Assembly: GCA_964478845.1 (NCBI GenBank)
Contig: CAYZJT010000012.1
Coordinates: forward strand, 8,173-72,172
Source of the DNA: an uncultured Flavobacteriaceae bacterium
GTDB lineage: Bacteria; Bacteroidota; Bacteroidia; Flavobacteriales; Flavobacteriaceae
DNA length: 64,000 nt
Direction: 5' to 3'
The notes under the pieces are model-generated. The model saw only the letters and a program-made list of their open reading frames with translations, was not told the origin of the DNA and made no database searches. Made by a program: the position numbers and the translations under genes. Positions 18,158 through 28,704 of this stretch are shown one piece after another; positions within the stretch are counted from its first letter, which is position 1; every line of letters starts with the position of its first letter.

Positions 18158-19258
18158 TTAATTGTAGGTACGATTAAATTGTTTAATCTTCAAAGAAACT
18201 AGTGGTCGCATTATACGCTCAATAACTGAATTGTAATCAATTGAGCCCAATAGGACACTTAAAATCATAAATGGAAATACACCTGAGACAATTTGCAGGA
18301 GATCTAAGGATTTACTGAAAAACCGATATAATCCTAATCCTGTAAACGTACCGTACAGAATCACAAAGTGAGCAACATAAATACCTAGCGTATTTCTACC
18401 GATTTTTCCGATCCAGTCAAATTGGATCCACCGCTCTAGAAGATATAATACTGCAATTAATATTAACACCACACCTAGTCGCGGAAACAACCAATTGTAA
18501 TTGGCAATGTCGTGTAGCAATTGCACGCTTGCCAGGTGACCCAAGTCGCTAAAAATCATTGATGATTTTAAAACTAGTACTATCCCCAAACCAGCGAACG
18601 TACCACATAGCCATTTTTTTCTACGTTCCGATGTGGTACTCAATTTAAGTAAGCAAGCAATAGATGAACCAGCAAATAAATAGCCTATCCAAGGCAGCAG
18701 TGTAAAAACCGATCCATTGGTTTTAACCAGCCAGTTGGCTATAACTGCAGGCGTTTCAGTTAGTTCTAAAGTTCTCACGATCGGGTCGATCAAGAAAATC
18801 AATAGGCAAAAAAACGAACTCAGGGAAAAGATGAGGTTTAGCTTTCTTTTCATCAGCCACATAAAAGATGTAAGCAAGAGTATTCCTGCGCCCATCACAT
18901 GCAGTACATCTATCGTAATAGTGTAAGGCCTTATCTCACCTTCAAGAATTCCGTGAATGGAAAATCTGAGCAAGTAGCCTATCAGTATCAACTGCACGCC
19001 GCGCTTTATACCTTTTTTCAGCCTCAGCTTCCGGGCTTCCTCATGTCTTGAAATGAGGATGAGATAAGTGAAAACAAGCCCAGCAATGGTAAAAAACAAC
19101 GGTGCGGTGTTGCCGCGCACATAAGCCCAAGCGCTGTATAGTCCTGAAGTAGTGTCCCTGTATTTAGGTGCCAGTAGCGCATCGATAAAGTGTCCTTCAA
19201 GCATGAGCAAGATCGCCAGACCTCGCAGAGCATCAATAAAATAAAGTCTGTTTTTCAT
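18158..19258 (-). CDS. DUF1624 / acyltransferase-like polytopic membrane protein
   Basis: RLYFIDALRGLAILLMLEGH N-terminus, APLFF motif, many TM helices. Confidence 0.75.
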   Translation of the reverse strand: MKNRLYFIDALRGLAILLMLEGHFIDALLAPKYRDTTSGLYSAWAYVRGNTAPLFFTIAGLVFTYLILISRHEEARKLRLKKGIKRGVQLILIGYLLRFSIHGILEGEIRPYTITIDVLHVMGAGILLLTSFMWLMKRKLNLIFSLSSFFCLLIFLIDPIVRTLELTETPAVIANWLVKTNGSVFTLLPWIGYLFAGSSIACLLKLSTTSERRKKWLCGTFAGLGIVLVLKSSMIFSDLGHLASVQLLHDIANYNWLFPRLGVVLILIAVLYLLERWIQFDWIGKIGRNTLGIYVAHFVILYGTFTGLGLYRFFSKSLDLLQIVSGVFPFMILSVLLGSIDYNSVIERIMRPLVSLKIKQFNRTYN

Positions 19259-19493
19259 CGTCAATCAGCGCGCGAAAGTATCTTAATTCATAAGATTTGA
19301 CCAAAAAAAGGAAACTTAAGTGACAATTCTTTTGGATTATAGATGTAAGAAAACAACCTGGTATCAAAATGTTAGTATAAATTATATCAAATTATCTTAG
19401 CTGTAAAGTTTTCAGAATCTGAAGTCCACTTCGTTTTTTTTTCATTTGTATCGTCATGACAATCAAATATTTATAATTTAAAAAAGAAAAACA

Positions 19494-19925
19494 ATGAAAA
19501 CTTTCAAAAATTCTATTCTAATTCTAATGTTTCTTTTTGCACCTGCTATTTCTTTGACAGCTGAAAATTCAATCGAAAACAACTCGGCAAGTAAAATTGA
19601 TAATACCTTTTCTCTTGAAACGGTCCTTTTCGGTGAGTATAATTTTAGCGGATCCTTCATAATAGACGGTTGTGCTGTCTCTTACGATATAACCGTAATT
19701 GTAGATGATGAAACCAACAAACCCACTAGTGGGAGTGGTGAAGTTAGCTTTTCAGGCTCGGGATGCGAAGAGCTCGATGGAACGACATTTAATTATTCCT
19801 TTGGTATCCAGACAAATTCTGAGGGACAAATTACTGAGATCACCCCTATTGGTGATGCTCATCCTATTTTCTATCAAGAAAACTTTCAAGCAAACTTTAT
19901 TGATTCTTTAAATTCACAATTGTAA
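19494..19925 (+). CDS. Secreted hypothetical protein in an AT-rich islet
   Basis: Sec signal peptide, beta-rich mature part with two Cys. Confidence 0.6.
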   Translation: MKTFKNSILILMFLFAPAISLTAENSIENNSASKIDNTFSLETVLFGEYNFSGSFIIDGCAVSYDITVIVDDETNKPTSGSGEVSFSGSGCEELDGTTFNYSFGIQTNSEGQITEITPIGDAHPIFYQENFQANFIDSLNSQL

Positions 19926-19934
19926 ATAATTTAT

Positions 19935-19964
19935 ACGGCGATATAAATAAGTTTCTATCGCCGT
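19935..19964 (+). terminator. Stem-loop after the 19494-19925 gene
   Basis: ACGGCGATA-(12 nt)-TATCGCCGT followed by a T/A-rich tract. Confidence 0.55.
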
Positions 19965-19981
19965 TATTAAATTTAATAATT

Positions 19982-20683
19982 ATGAAGTTTTTTTTTCAAC
20001 TTTCAACTGTCCTATTACTAACTATCACACCTTTCATTTTTCAGGCAAGTATAGAACCTTCTAAATCCAGTCCAGTTTATATTTCATACTACGATTATCA
20101 TCCTTATAATACTGATGTAAATCAAGACTTACTTGGTGCTTTGCAATTACAAAATTCAGACCTACCACGTATTATTGGTTCGCATCTTAGAACTGCATAT
20201 ATTTCCAATGACGAAGCCTGCCTCCGCCATAAAACCTTCATGTAAGACCCATCAAAAGGAATTGATTTAAGTACTAACAATTCATTATCGCTTTTGAGAT
20301 ATAATGATAACACAGTTATTAAGATGGGAGATTCACCGACTTCTTATAAAGTAAGGACACCAAAATTTTACAAGACGGCTACAGACTCGCTTCCTTCTAG
20401 GCAGCAACTTTTCACCACTAAAGACAAAAAATTCTCAATTATAACAGATTCATCAATTCCACAGTTTATACAACCAGAAATTACAGGTGATCAAATTTTC
20501 GCTCATGGGATATGTAAGTTTATAAATCACGAGAAAGGATTTGAGGTTTACTTGGTTGATTTCGATACGCTAGAACCAGTAGACGATAAGAAAACAGAAT
20601 TTACAGAACTTCTGGAAAAATCAAAAAAATTTAATGTTGAAAACATTGAAGATAATTCGACGAAATGGTTTAGAGTAGATTAA
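19982..20683 (+). pseudogene. Probable single secreted protein (GLPGLI-like) split by an in-frame TAA at 20243-20245
   Basis: ORFs 19982-20245 and 20294-20683 are in the same frame with one stop and 16 open codons between them; signal peptide only on the first part. Confidence 0.55.
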
Positions 20684-20714
20684 GAGATATATTTAGTCAA
20701 TCAAAATTTTCTAC

Positions 20715-23477
20715 TTGAGATTCCAACTTTCCACACTACTGATTTTTTTTTCATTTTCCTCATTTGCCCAGAAATTTGAGATCACAGGTACCGCTCTGGA
20801 CTCGGTGAGCAAAAAGCCCTTGGAAAGTGCCACGGTCTATCTCGAGAGCGAGCAGGACAGCACCTTAATTGCTTATAGCATTACTGGTACGGAAGGCAAG
20901 TATAGTGTGAGTGGGAATACTGCTTTCGCGAAAGCGTACCTCATCATCCACTATCAGGGCTATAAAGACTACCGCAAGTTGCTTGAGATCTCAAAAAGCG
21001 AGCAGCTGAAAATGCCTGACGTGTTCCTTGCACCGGCATCACAGCAACTGGAAGATGTTATAATCACCGCTAAAAAAGCACCCATCACCGTCAAGCAGGA
21101 CACACTTGAATTCAATGCGCAGTCATTTGACACGCAGCCAGACGCAACGCTGGAAGATGTCATGAAACAGCTACCGGGTGTTGAGGTAAGCAAAGATGGC
21201 AAGGTCACGGTAAATGGGCGTGAGGTGAGTAGGATTTTGGTCAATGGGAAAGAGTTCTTTGGGAATGATCCCAAGATCGCTCTTAAAAACCTACCCAAAG
21301 AAATCATCGATAAAATCCAAGTTACCGATAGCAAAACCGACGAGCAAAAAGCCGCAGGCGAGGAGGGTGATCCCAGCGTAAGCGAGATAAACATTACCAT
21401 TGATGAAGACAAAAACCGTGGCTTTTTCTCGCGGCTTACAGCTGGAGCAGGAACCGAGGAACGATATTCCCTAAACGGGATTGCCAACTACTTCAATAAT
21501 GATTTTAAAGTCAGTATTCTCGGGAGCGGCAACAATATCAATAGCGCTGGGTTCTCTTTTGATGAGGTGTTTGACGCTATGGGCGGTAGTGCGTTTTCGA
21601 TCTCGAGTTTTGACGGTGGTGGTTTTGGGATCAATGGGATTTCCTTTGGCGGAAATGGGAACGGCATCACAACCAGCCAAAACGGCGGGATCAATCTCTC
21701 AAACGACTGGGGCGAGACTGTAGAGGCCAGCGCAGATTATTTCTACGGCAACAACGATACTCGCACCGCAACCGATACTCGCCGAACAACCTTTCTGCCT
21801 GATCGTAGTTTCAGTTCTGTGGAAAGTAATGCAGGAAATACACGCGGCACCAGTCACCGTGCAAGCAGTAGGGTAAAAATCAAACCTGATACGCTAACAA
21901 CTATCAATGTGCGCCTGAACGCCAATATCAGGGACAACCGCAACGAGCGCAACAGCAGTTCGACAAGCAGAAACGAGGCGAGCGAATTGATCAATTCAAT
22001 CGTCACCAGAAATGATGGTGTAAGTGACAATCAGGATTACGGTGCAAGCCTATCCTATACACGACGCTTAAAAGAAAAAGGCAGCTACTGGGCCATTAGC
22101 ACAGATCTGGATCGGGATACTGGATCCAGTAACTCGCTGTTTTTTAGCCAGACAGATTTTGCTGACGGTCGTACTGAAATTCAAGACCAAAACATCGACG
22201 AGGAATCTGATAACACCTCGTTCAGCATCAACCCGCGTGCTCGTCAAAAACTGGGAGAGTACTGGTCTATCTCGGCGTCCTATCGAGTGAGAGGAAATGT
22301 GAGGAACAACCAGCGATCTGTTTTTGATAGGAATGGTAGCGCGTCGCCCATTTTTAATGAGCAGCTGAGTACAGATTTCACTACCGAAAATGTATCCCAG
22401 CGACCGCGAGTAGGTTTTAGGTACAAGAAAGACAAATGGACGGTCGAGATGAGCGGCGGAATCCTGCACCAAACGTTGAATAATGAGGACGATCTGCGCG
22501 GAATTTCATTTGATCAAGATTTTACCGATCCATATTTGGAAGCATCCGTACGCAGAAAGATTGGGAAATTTGGTAGATTTTATGTGCGTTATTCCAATAG
22601 CATTAACGTGCCAGGAACCCGACAGTTACAACCATTTGAGGATCGTACAAATCCGCAAAATATTATCACGGGTAATCCAAATCTTGACGCCAGCCAAAAC
22701 CACAATTTCAGATTCAACCTGAGCAACTACAACTGGGAGAAAGGCGCAGGCTTCTACAGCGGCGGGAGTTTTTCATTAAGGGATAGAGCTGTCGCCGCTT
22801 TCTCACTAATTGATGAAGATCTCATCAGGCGCACAAGCTATGTGAATATCAACGGTCAGTACAACGCATCTGCGTATGGGACTTATAGGAAAAAATTTAA
22901 GAGGGATGCCCGTGAGATCACGGTGGGATTGAATATGCGCGCTGCTTATCGATTGAATCGGGCATTCAACAACGGGGTGCAATTTGATACACGAGGGCTC
23001 ACGCTCACCCCGAGGCTTGAGCTGCGCTATTCGCTGGATGAGATCATCGACGTTGAGGCAGAATACGTTTTGAGCAACAATCAGACAACCTTTGAAAACA
23101 TCGACACCGAAGAGCAGGACTTTACCAATCACACCGTGAGTCTTGACTTGACGACTTTCTGGCCTAAAAATGTAGTTTTCGGGATACGCGGAGAGTATCA
23201 GAAATTCGGCAATGTAACCGATGAATTTGATGATGACAGTATCGTGCTGATAGGGAGTCTGGGCTACAAGTTTTCTAAAGATCGCGGCAGCTTGAAATTA
23301 AAGGCCTACGATCTACTCAATGAGATCATCAACACGCGCCGTCGGGTGACTGATGATTTTGTAGCCGATACCAGCAGTTTGGTATTGACACAGTATTTTA
23401 TGTTGAGTCTTACTTATAAGTTCAAGCAATTTGGCGGTAAGGATCCCAATTCTGGGAATAGTATAATTAGGTTTTAG
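20715..23477 (+). CDS. Outer-membrane beta-barrel protein with N-terminal carboxypeptidase-regulatory-like domain (TBDR-like)
   Basis: Signal peptide, KQDTLEFNA, EDVMKQLPGVEV..DG, VNGKEFFG motifs; C-terminal YFMLSLTYKF. Confidence 0.85.
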   Translation: MRFQLSTLLIFFSFSSFAQKFEITGTALDSVSKKPLESATVYLESEQDSTLIAYSITGTEGKYSVSGNTAFAKAYLIIHYQGYKDYRKLLEISKSEQLKMPDVFLAPASQQLEDVIITAKKAPITVKQDTLEFNAQSFDTQPDATLEDVMKQLPGVEVSKDGKVTVNGREVSRILVNGKEFFGNDPKIALKNLPKEIIDKIQVTDSKTDEQKAAGEEGDPSVSEINITIDEDKNRGFFSRLTAGAGTEERYSLNGIANYFNNDFKVSILGSGNNINSAGFSFDEVFDAMGGSAFSISSFDGGGFGINGISFGGNGNGITTSQNGGINLSNDWGETVEASADYFYGNNDTRTATDTRRTTFLPDRSFSSVESNAGNTRGTSHRASSRVKIKPDTLTTINVRLNANIRDNRNERNSSSTSRNEASELINSIVTRNDGVSDNQDYGASLSYTRRLKEKGSYWAISTDLDRDTGSSNSLFFSQTDFADGRTEIQDQNIDEESDNTSFSINPRARQKLGEYWSISASYRVRGNVRNNQRSVFDRNGSASPIFNEQLSTDFTTENVSQRPRVGFRYKKDKWTVEMSGGILHQTLNNEDDLRGISFDQDFTDPYLEASVRRKIGKFGRFYVRYSNSINVPGTRQLQPFEDRTNPQNIITGNPNLDASQNHNFRFNLSNYNWEKGAGFYSGGSFSLRDRAVAAFSLIDEDLIRRTSYVNINGQYNASAYGTYRKKFKRDAREITVGLNMRAAYRLNRAFNNGVQFDTRGLTLTPRLELRYSLDEIIDVEAEYVLSNNQTTFENIDTEEQDFTNHTVSLDLTTFWPKNVVFGIRGEYQKFGNVTDEFDDDSIVLIGSLGYKFSKDRGSLKLKAYDLLNEIINTRRRVTDDFVADTSSLVLTQYFMLSLTYKFKQFGGKDPNSGNSIIRF
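20922..20935. repeat. Palindrome copy inside the beta-barrel gene (AFAKA frame)
   Basis: Exact 14-mer. Confidence 0.95.
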
Positions 23478-23484
23478 GGTTTAC

Positions 23485-23498
23485 GCTTTCGCGAAAGC
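23485..23498. repeat. Palindrome copy, intergenic upstream of der
   Basis: Exact 14-mer. Confidence 0.95.
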
Positions 23499-23577
23499 GA
23501 ACCAATGACAAACAATGCTTAATACAATAGTCTAGCATAACGCAAACCAGTACTTTTGCCAGTTCAATTGAGTGCTT

Positions 23578-24879
23578 ATGAGTATTGTCGCTATCGTAGG
23601 ACGGCCCAACGTTGGAAAATCTACGCTTTTCAATAGATTGATTCAGCGTCGCGAGGCTATTACTGATGCCGTGAGCGGCGTGACACGGGACAGGCATTAT
23701 GGGAAGAGTGATTGGAACGGCAAGGAGTTTTCCATCATCGATACGGGTGGTTATGCCGTAGGGAGCGATGATGAGTTTGAAACTGCCATCGACCAGCAGG
23801 TTGAGCTGGCGATTGAGGAAAGCGACGCCATCTTATTCATGGTAAATGCAGAGGACGGTATTACACCTCAAGATGAGGATGTTGCCAAGTTGCTGCGTAA
23901 AGTCAAAAAACCTACTCTATTAGTTGTCAATAAAGTGGATAATAACCAGCGGGAGCAAGACGCTTTTGAATTCTACAATCTAGGGATGGGTGAGTATCAC
24001 AGCATCTCGAGTATCAATGGAAATGGAACAGGTGACTTGCTGGATGCTCTGGTAGATGTCTTACCCGATACAGTAGAGGAGGATGACGATGATTTACCAA
24101 AATTTGCGGTAGTAGGTCGACCCAATGCGGGTAAAAGTTCGTTTATCAATGCGTTGATTGGCAAAGAGCGTTATATTGTTACTGACATTGCCGGCACCAC
24201 CCGTGACTCCATTCATACGCGCTATAACCGATTTGGTTTTGAATTTAATTTGATTGATACGGCTGGAATACGTCGTAAAAAGAAAGTAAAAGAAGATCTT
24301 GAGTTTTACAGCGTGATGCGCAGCGTGCGTGCTATCGAGCATGCAGATGTCGTGATGCTTGTGCTGGATGCCACCCGTGGATTTGACGGACAGGTTCAGA
24401 ATATCTTTTGGTTAGCAGAACGCAACAGGAAAGGGATTGTCATTCTAGTCAACAAGTGGGATCTAGTCGAGAAGGAAACCAATACCGCCAAAGATTTTGA
24501 AGCACACATCAGGGAACAGATTGCCCCGTTTACTGATGTACCTATCGTTTTTATGAGCGTGCTCAACAAACAGCGCATTTTTAAAGCCATTGAAACTGCG
24601 GTTGAGGTCTACAAAAACCGCTCTCGACGCATCAAGACCAGTCAGCTGAATGAGACGCTTTTACCGCTAATAGAAAATTACCCACCACCATCGCTGAAAG
24701 GGAAATTTGTCAAAATCAAATTCATAACTCAACTACCCACCCCGCAACCGCAGTTTGCATTTTTCTGTAACCTGCCGCAATACGTGCGAGAGCCTTATAA
24801 GCGCTACCTAGAAAACCAGCTGCGTAAGAACTTTGATTTCACGGGTGTTCCTGTGAGTGTTTATATGAGGAAGAAGTAG
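23578..24879 (+). CDS. der: Ribosome biogenesis GTPase Der (EngA)
   Basis: Two G domains: GRPNVGKS..DTGG..NKVD and GRPNAGKS..DTAG..NKWD. Confidence 0.97.
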   Translation: MSIVAIVGRPNVGKSTLFNRLIQRREAITDAVSGVTRDRHYGKSDWNGKEFSIIDTGGYAVGSDDEFETAIDQQVELAIEESDAILFMVNAEDGITPQDEDVAKLLRKVKKPTLLVVNKVDNNQREQDAFEFYNLGMGEYHSISSINGNGTGDLLDALVDVLPDTVEEDDDDLPKFAVVGRPNAGKSSFINALIGKERYIVTDIAGTTRDSIHTRYNRFGFEFNLIDTAGIRRKKKVKEDLEFYSVMRSVRAIEHADVVMLVLDATRGFDGQVQNIFWLAERNRKGIVILVNKWDLVEKETNTAKDFEAHIREQIAPFTDVPIVFMSVLNKQRIFKAIETAVEVYKNRSRRIKTSQLNETLLPLIENYPPPSLKGKFVKIKFITQLPTPQPQFAFFCNLPQYVREPYKRYLENQLRKNFDFTGVPVSVYMRKK

Positions 24880-24891
24880 CTTGTTAAATCC

Positions 24892-24905
24892 GCTTTCGCA
24901 AAAGC
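24892..24905. repeat. Degenerate palindrome copy (one mismatch) downstream of der
   Basis: GCTTTCGCAAAAGC. Confidence 0.7.
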
Positions 24906-24994
24906 AGAAAATTTCAATAGAACTGAAATTTAACACCCTACAAAACAGCTAGTTCAATTAAAAAATCGTTGATTTGCCAAACATATGTTAAGGC

Positions 24995-26332
24995 ATGAAA
25001 CGACTTTACTTTTTATTTGCAGGTCTACTGCTACTTCAATCTTGTCAAAATGATGGATATGAGGTGATCTCACCTCTTGATCAAAATTTGTATGAAGCAG
25101 TTAATGAGGCTTCGGGTGGTGTAGGTTCCAATTATTTCATTTTACCAGATAGTGATGATCTCAATGCGATCCCGCAGGATCCTATGAATCCTCTGACCAG
25201 GGAAAAAGTTCAGCTCGGGAAAATGTTGATGCATGAGACGGCTATGGCCCGCAATCCAAAAGATGCAAATATGGCTGGCACTTACAGCTGTGCCAGCTGT
25301 CACCATGCGGCCGCTGGATTTGCAGCGGGAGTGAGACAGGGAATAGGCGAAGGCGGATCAGGATTTGGATTGATAGGTGAGGGACGTCTGCCTGACACCA
25401 TAGTGCATAGGGATTCTTTAGATATTCAACCCGTAAAATCGCCTACCATTTTGAATGTTGCCTATCAAGACGTCATGTTATGGAATGGACAGTTTGGTGG
25501 AACAGGAACTAATGCAGGAACAGAAGCTTCCTGGACACCGTTCCCAGAAAATTTTGAAGGATGGCAAGGGGTGGAGGTACAAGCGATGGTGGGTCAGAAT
25601 GTCCACCGCCTGAAGGTGGATGAAGATTTTGTTATTGAACACGGATACCGCAATATGTTTGATGCGGCTTTTGGTGAGTTGCCTCAATCAGAACGCTATA
25701 CAAGAGAAACTGCTGCTTTAGCTATCGCCGCCTTTGAGCGTACGGTCATGGCCAATAGGTCTCCGTGGCAAGATTATTTGAAGGGCTATCGTGATGTTAT
25801 GAGTGACGAACAAAAGCGCGGTGCGATTGTATTTCTTACATCTGGGAAATGTGTTGAATGCCATACGGGGCCAGCTTTGAGCAGTAATACCTTTTATGCG
25901 TTTGGCCTCGGTGATTTTGATGACGCGCCTAATGCGGTAATTCAAAGCATGGTGGATATGGACAAAACGGCAAGAGGTCGAGGCGGTTTTACAAATAATC
26001 CAGATGACAACTATAAATTTAAGACGCCCACATTGTACAATTTGGGGCATGGCAATCCTTTGGGACATGGTGGAACAATCGCAACTGTAGAGGATATGAT
26101 CAGGTACAAAGTTGCTGGAAACAAAGAGAACACCATGGTTCCCGATGGACAACTGGCAGAAGAATTTGGTGCTATCTCATTATCGGAGCAAGAAATACTT
26201 GATTTGACTGCATTTGTCGGAATTGCTCTCCAAGATCCTGAACTTTTGCGCTACGTGCCAGAATCACTTCCTTCTGGTGCGTGTTTTCCCAATAGTGATG
26301 TACAGTCTAAAAATGATATGGGGTGTGAGTAA
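24995..26332 (+). CDS. Di-heme cytochrome c peroxidase / MauG family lipoprotein
   Basis: Lipobox LQSC; CASCH and CVECH heme motifs; FKTPTLYN. Confidence 0.88.
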   Translation: MKRLYFLFAGLLLLQSCQNDGYEVISPLDQNLYEAVNEASGGVGSNYFILPDSDDLNAIPQDPMNPLTREKVQLGKMLMHETAMARNPKDANMAGTYSCASCHHAAAGFAAGVRQGIGEGGSGFGLIGEGRLPDTIVHRDSLDIQPVKSPTILNVAYQDVMLWNGQFGGTGTNAGTEASWTPFPENFEGWQGVEVQAMVGQNVHRLKVDEDFVIEHGYRNMFDAAFGELPQSERYTRETAALAIAAFERTVMANRSPWQDYLKGYRDVMSDEQKRGAIVFLTSGKCVECHTGPALSSNTFYAFGLGDFDDAPNAVIQSMVDMDKTARGRGGFTNNPDDNYKFKTPTLYNLGHGNPLGHGGTIATVEDMIRYKVAGNKENTMVPDGQLAEEFGAISLSEQEILDLTAFVGIALQDPELLRYVPESLPSGACFPNSDVQSKNDMGCE

Positions 26333-26518
26333 TCCGTATTGATACACCATTATTGATTGCAGGGTATTGATGCTCTTTTTTGAGATATAGAACCAGTAAG
26401 TTTATTGGTCAGGGTGCAACTATTCATTTTACACTGACATCGTTTTGCTTGTCTGATATTGAGATAGCCTTCCAATGACTAAATTGCGCCGATTCTGTTG
26501 TGAAATTAGATCTTTAGG

Positions 26519-27220
26519 TTGAAGAATCAACCCATCATCCGAGTTATCATTCCCGCTTTCAACGAGGCTGATTCCATCGGCTTAGTCATTGCCGATATTC
26601 CAGTTCTCGTAGAAGAAGTCATTGTAACCAGCAACAATTCTACAGATGCAACCGTGGCTAATGCGCGTGCTGCTGGCGCGACGGTTTTGGAAGAGCCTAG
26701 ATCAGGTTATGGATACGCTTGTCTTAAAGCAGTGGATTATATCTCACAAAATCATCTACAGACTGACATCGTGGTATTCCTAGATGGAGACTACAGCGAT
26801 TATCCAGAGCAGCTGACTCAGATCGTTGAGCCTATCATATCACAAAATATAGATCTAGTTATCGGGGCTCGGGTTCCCCGCTTTCGCGAAAGCGGATCCA
26901 TGACCACACCCCAGATATTTGGAAACTGGCTGGCAACACGACTTATGGGGCTGTTTTTCAATTCCAGATTTACAGACCTAGGACCATTCAGGGCTATCAA
27001 ATATGACAAGTTACTGGAATTGGACATGCAGGACAAAACCTATGGATGGACAGTTGAGATGCAGTTGAAGGCGCTCAAAAAAGACTTTTCTTACACCGAG
27101 GTTCCAGTCAAATATCGCAATAGGATCGGGGTCTCAAAAGTGTCGGGCACTCTTAAAGGTGCTATCTTTGCAGGTGTTAAAATTTTAACATGGATCTTTA
27201 AATACGGCCTTAAAAAGTGA
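26519..27220 (+). CDS. GT2 glycosyltransferase (polyprenol-phosphate sugar synthase-like)
   Basis: IIPAFNE, FLDGDYSD, TDLGPFRAI and YGWTVEMQ motifs. Confidence 0.9.
   Translation: MKNQPIIRVIIPAFNEADSIGLVIADIPVLVEEVIVTSNNSTDATVANARAAGATVLEEPRSGYGYACLKAVDYISQNHLQTDIVVFLDGDYSDYPEQLTQIVEPIISQNIDLVIGARVPRFRESGSMTTPQIFGNWLATRLMGLFFNSRFTDLGPFRAIKYDKLLELDMQDKTYGWTVEMQLKALKKDFSYTEVPVKYRNRIGVSKVSGTLKGAIFAGVKILTWIFKYGLKK
26880..26893. repeat. Palindrome copy inside GT2 (FRES frame)
   Basis: Exact 14-mer. Confidence 0.95.
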
Positions 27221-28704
27221 TCCTAGAATACCTATGCATCTTCATCTATAGTGCCGCGCTGATCATGATTTTATGCTTTGCGCTGGCCCAGCTCAACCTG
27301 CTTTTTAATTATCGATGGGCGAGGCGTCACCGCCAGTCAGAACTGTCTTGGAATGATCTCGATGATGCACAAATCCCGGTGGTGACAGTTCAATTGCCTG
27401 TTTTTAACGAGGCCTATGTGATGGAGCGATTGCTGGACAACATAGCCCTATTGGAATATCCGCGTGATAAATTGGAGATTCAGGTGCTGGATGATTCTAC
27501 TGACGAAACAGTAAAATCTACTGCAGCTCATGTCCAAAAACTTCAGGTACTAGGTCTGGATATTAAACACATCACCCGAACAAATAGACAAGGCTATAAA
27601 GCTGGCGCACTCAAAGAAGGACTAGAAATCGCAAAGGGTAATGTCATCGCCATTTTCGATGCCGATTTTCTTCCAAAAGCTGATTGGCTCAAAAAAACCA
27701 TTCCTTATTTCGTTGACCCATCCATCGGCGTGGTTCAGACGAGATGGTCACATTTGAATAGAGACTTCTCGCTGCTTACCCAAGTCCAAGCCTTTGCTCT
27801 AGATGCACATTTCACACTTGAACAGGTAGGCCGCAATGCCAAGGGGCATTTCATCAACTTCAACGGTACGGCTGGAATCTGGAGGCGGGAAACTATAATT
27901 GACGCAGGCAACTGGGAAGGCGACACGCTCACCGAGGATCTAGATCTGAGCTATCGCGCCCAACTCAAAAAGTGGAAATTCAAATACCTAGAGGAGGTAA
28001 CCACCCCCGCAGAGCTTCCCATCGTGATAAGCGCAGCGCGGTCACAGCAATTCCGCTGGAACAAAGGTGGTGCCGAGAATTTTAGAAAAATGGTGCGCAA
28101 GGTTGTGGGTAGTGATCTGCCCATTAAGAGCAAACTGCACGGGATTATGCATTTGCTAAACAGTACCATGTTTCTGAACGTGTTGATCGTCGCGGTACTC
28201 AGCATTCCTATGCTGTACATCAAAAACGAATATGCCCACCTCAAGGTCTACTTCATCGTGATGAGCTTCTTTGTGTTGAGCACGCTCATCTTTTTCATTT
28301 GTTACTGGTACATGTACCGCAATACTTACGGCGGTGGTTTCAAGAATTTTGTGACTTACATCGGGATGTTCTTTACGTTTTTCTCGGTGGCTATGGGTTT
28401 TTCTCTGCACAACAGCATTGCGGTGATCGAGGGTCATATCGGGAAGCGCAGCGAGTTTGTCCGTACGCCTAAATTCAATCTATCTGCGGTAGGTGGCAAC
28501 TGGCGAGCCAATAAATACCTGCGCAAAAAGCTGAGTCCGCATGTGATTCTGGAGGGTCTGCTCATGCTGTATTTTGCTTTCGGGATGTATTCTGCATTTA
28601 TCGTGGGCGATCAGGGTGGCGATTTTGGACTATTCCCTTTTCACCTGATGCTGTTCGTCGGTTTCGGATTTGTGTTTTTCCGCAGTTTGAGTGATAAGGC
28701 CTAA
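27217..28704 (+). CDS. Membrane GT2 glycosyltransferase (cellulose-synthase-like)
   Basis: QLPVFNE, DDSTD, FDADF, TEDLD and QFRW motifs. Confidence 0.9.
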   Translation: MILEYLCIFIYSAALIMILCFALAQLNLLFNYRWARRHRQSELSWNDLDDAQIPVVTVQLPVFNEAYVMERLLDNIALLEYPRDKLEIQVLDDSTDETVKSTAAHVQKLQVLGLDIKHITRTNRQGYKAGALKEGLEIAKGNVIAIFDADFLPKADWLKKTIPYFVDPSIGVVQTRWSHLNRDFSLLTQVQAFALDAHFTLEQVGRNAKGHFINFNGTAGIWRRETIIDAGNWEGDTLTEDLDLSYRAQLKKWKFKYLEEVTTPAELPIVISAARSQQFRWNKGGAENFRKMVRKVVGSDLPIKSKLHGIMHLLNSTMFLNVLIVAVLSIPMLYIKNEYAHLKVYFIVMSFFVLSTLIFFICYWYMYRNTYGGGFKNFVTYIGMFFTFFSVAMGFSLHNSIAVIEGHIGKRSEFVRTPKFNLSAVGGNWRANKYLRKKLSPHVILEGLLMLYFAFGMYSAFIVGDQGGDFGLFPFHLMLFVGFGFVFFRSLSDKA

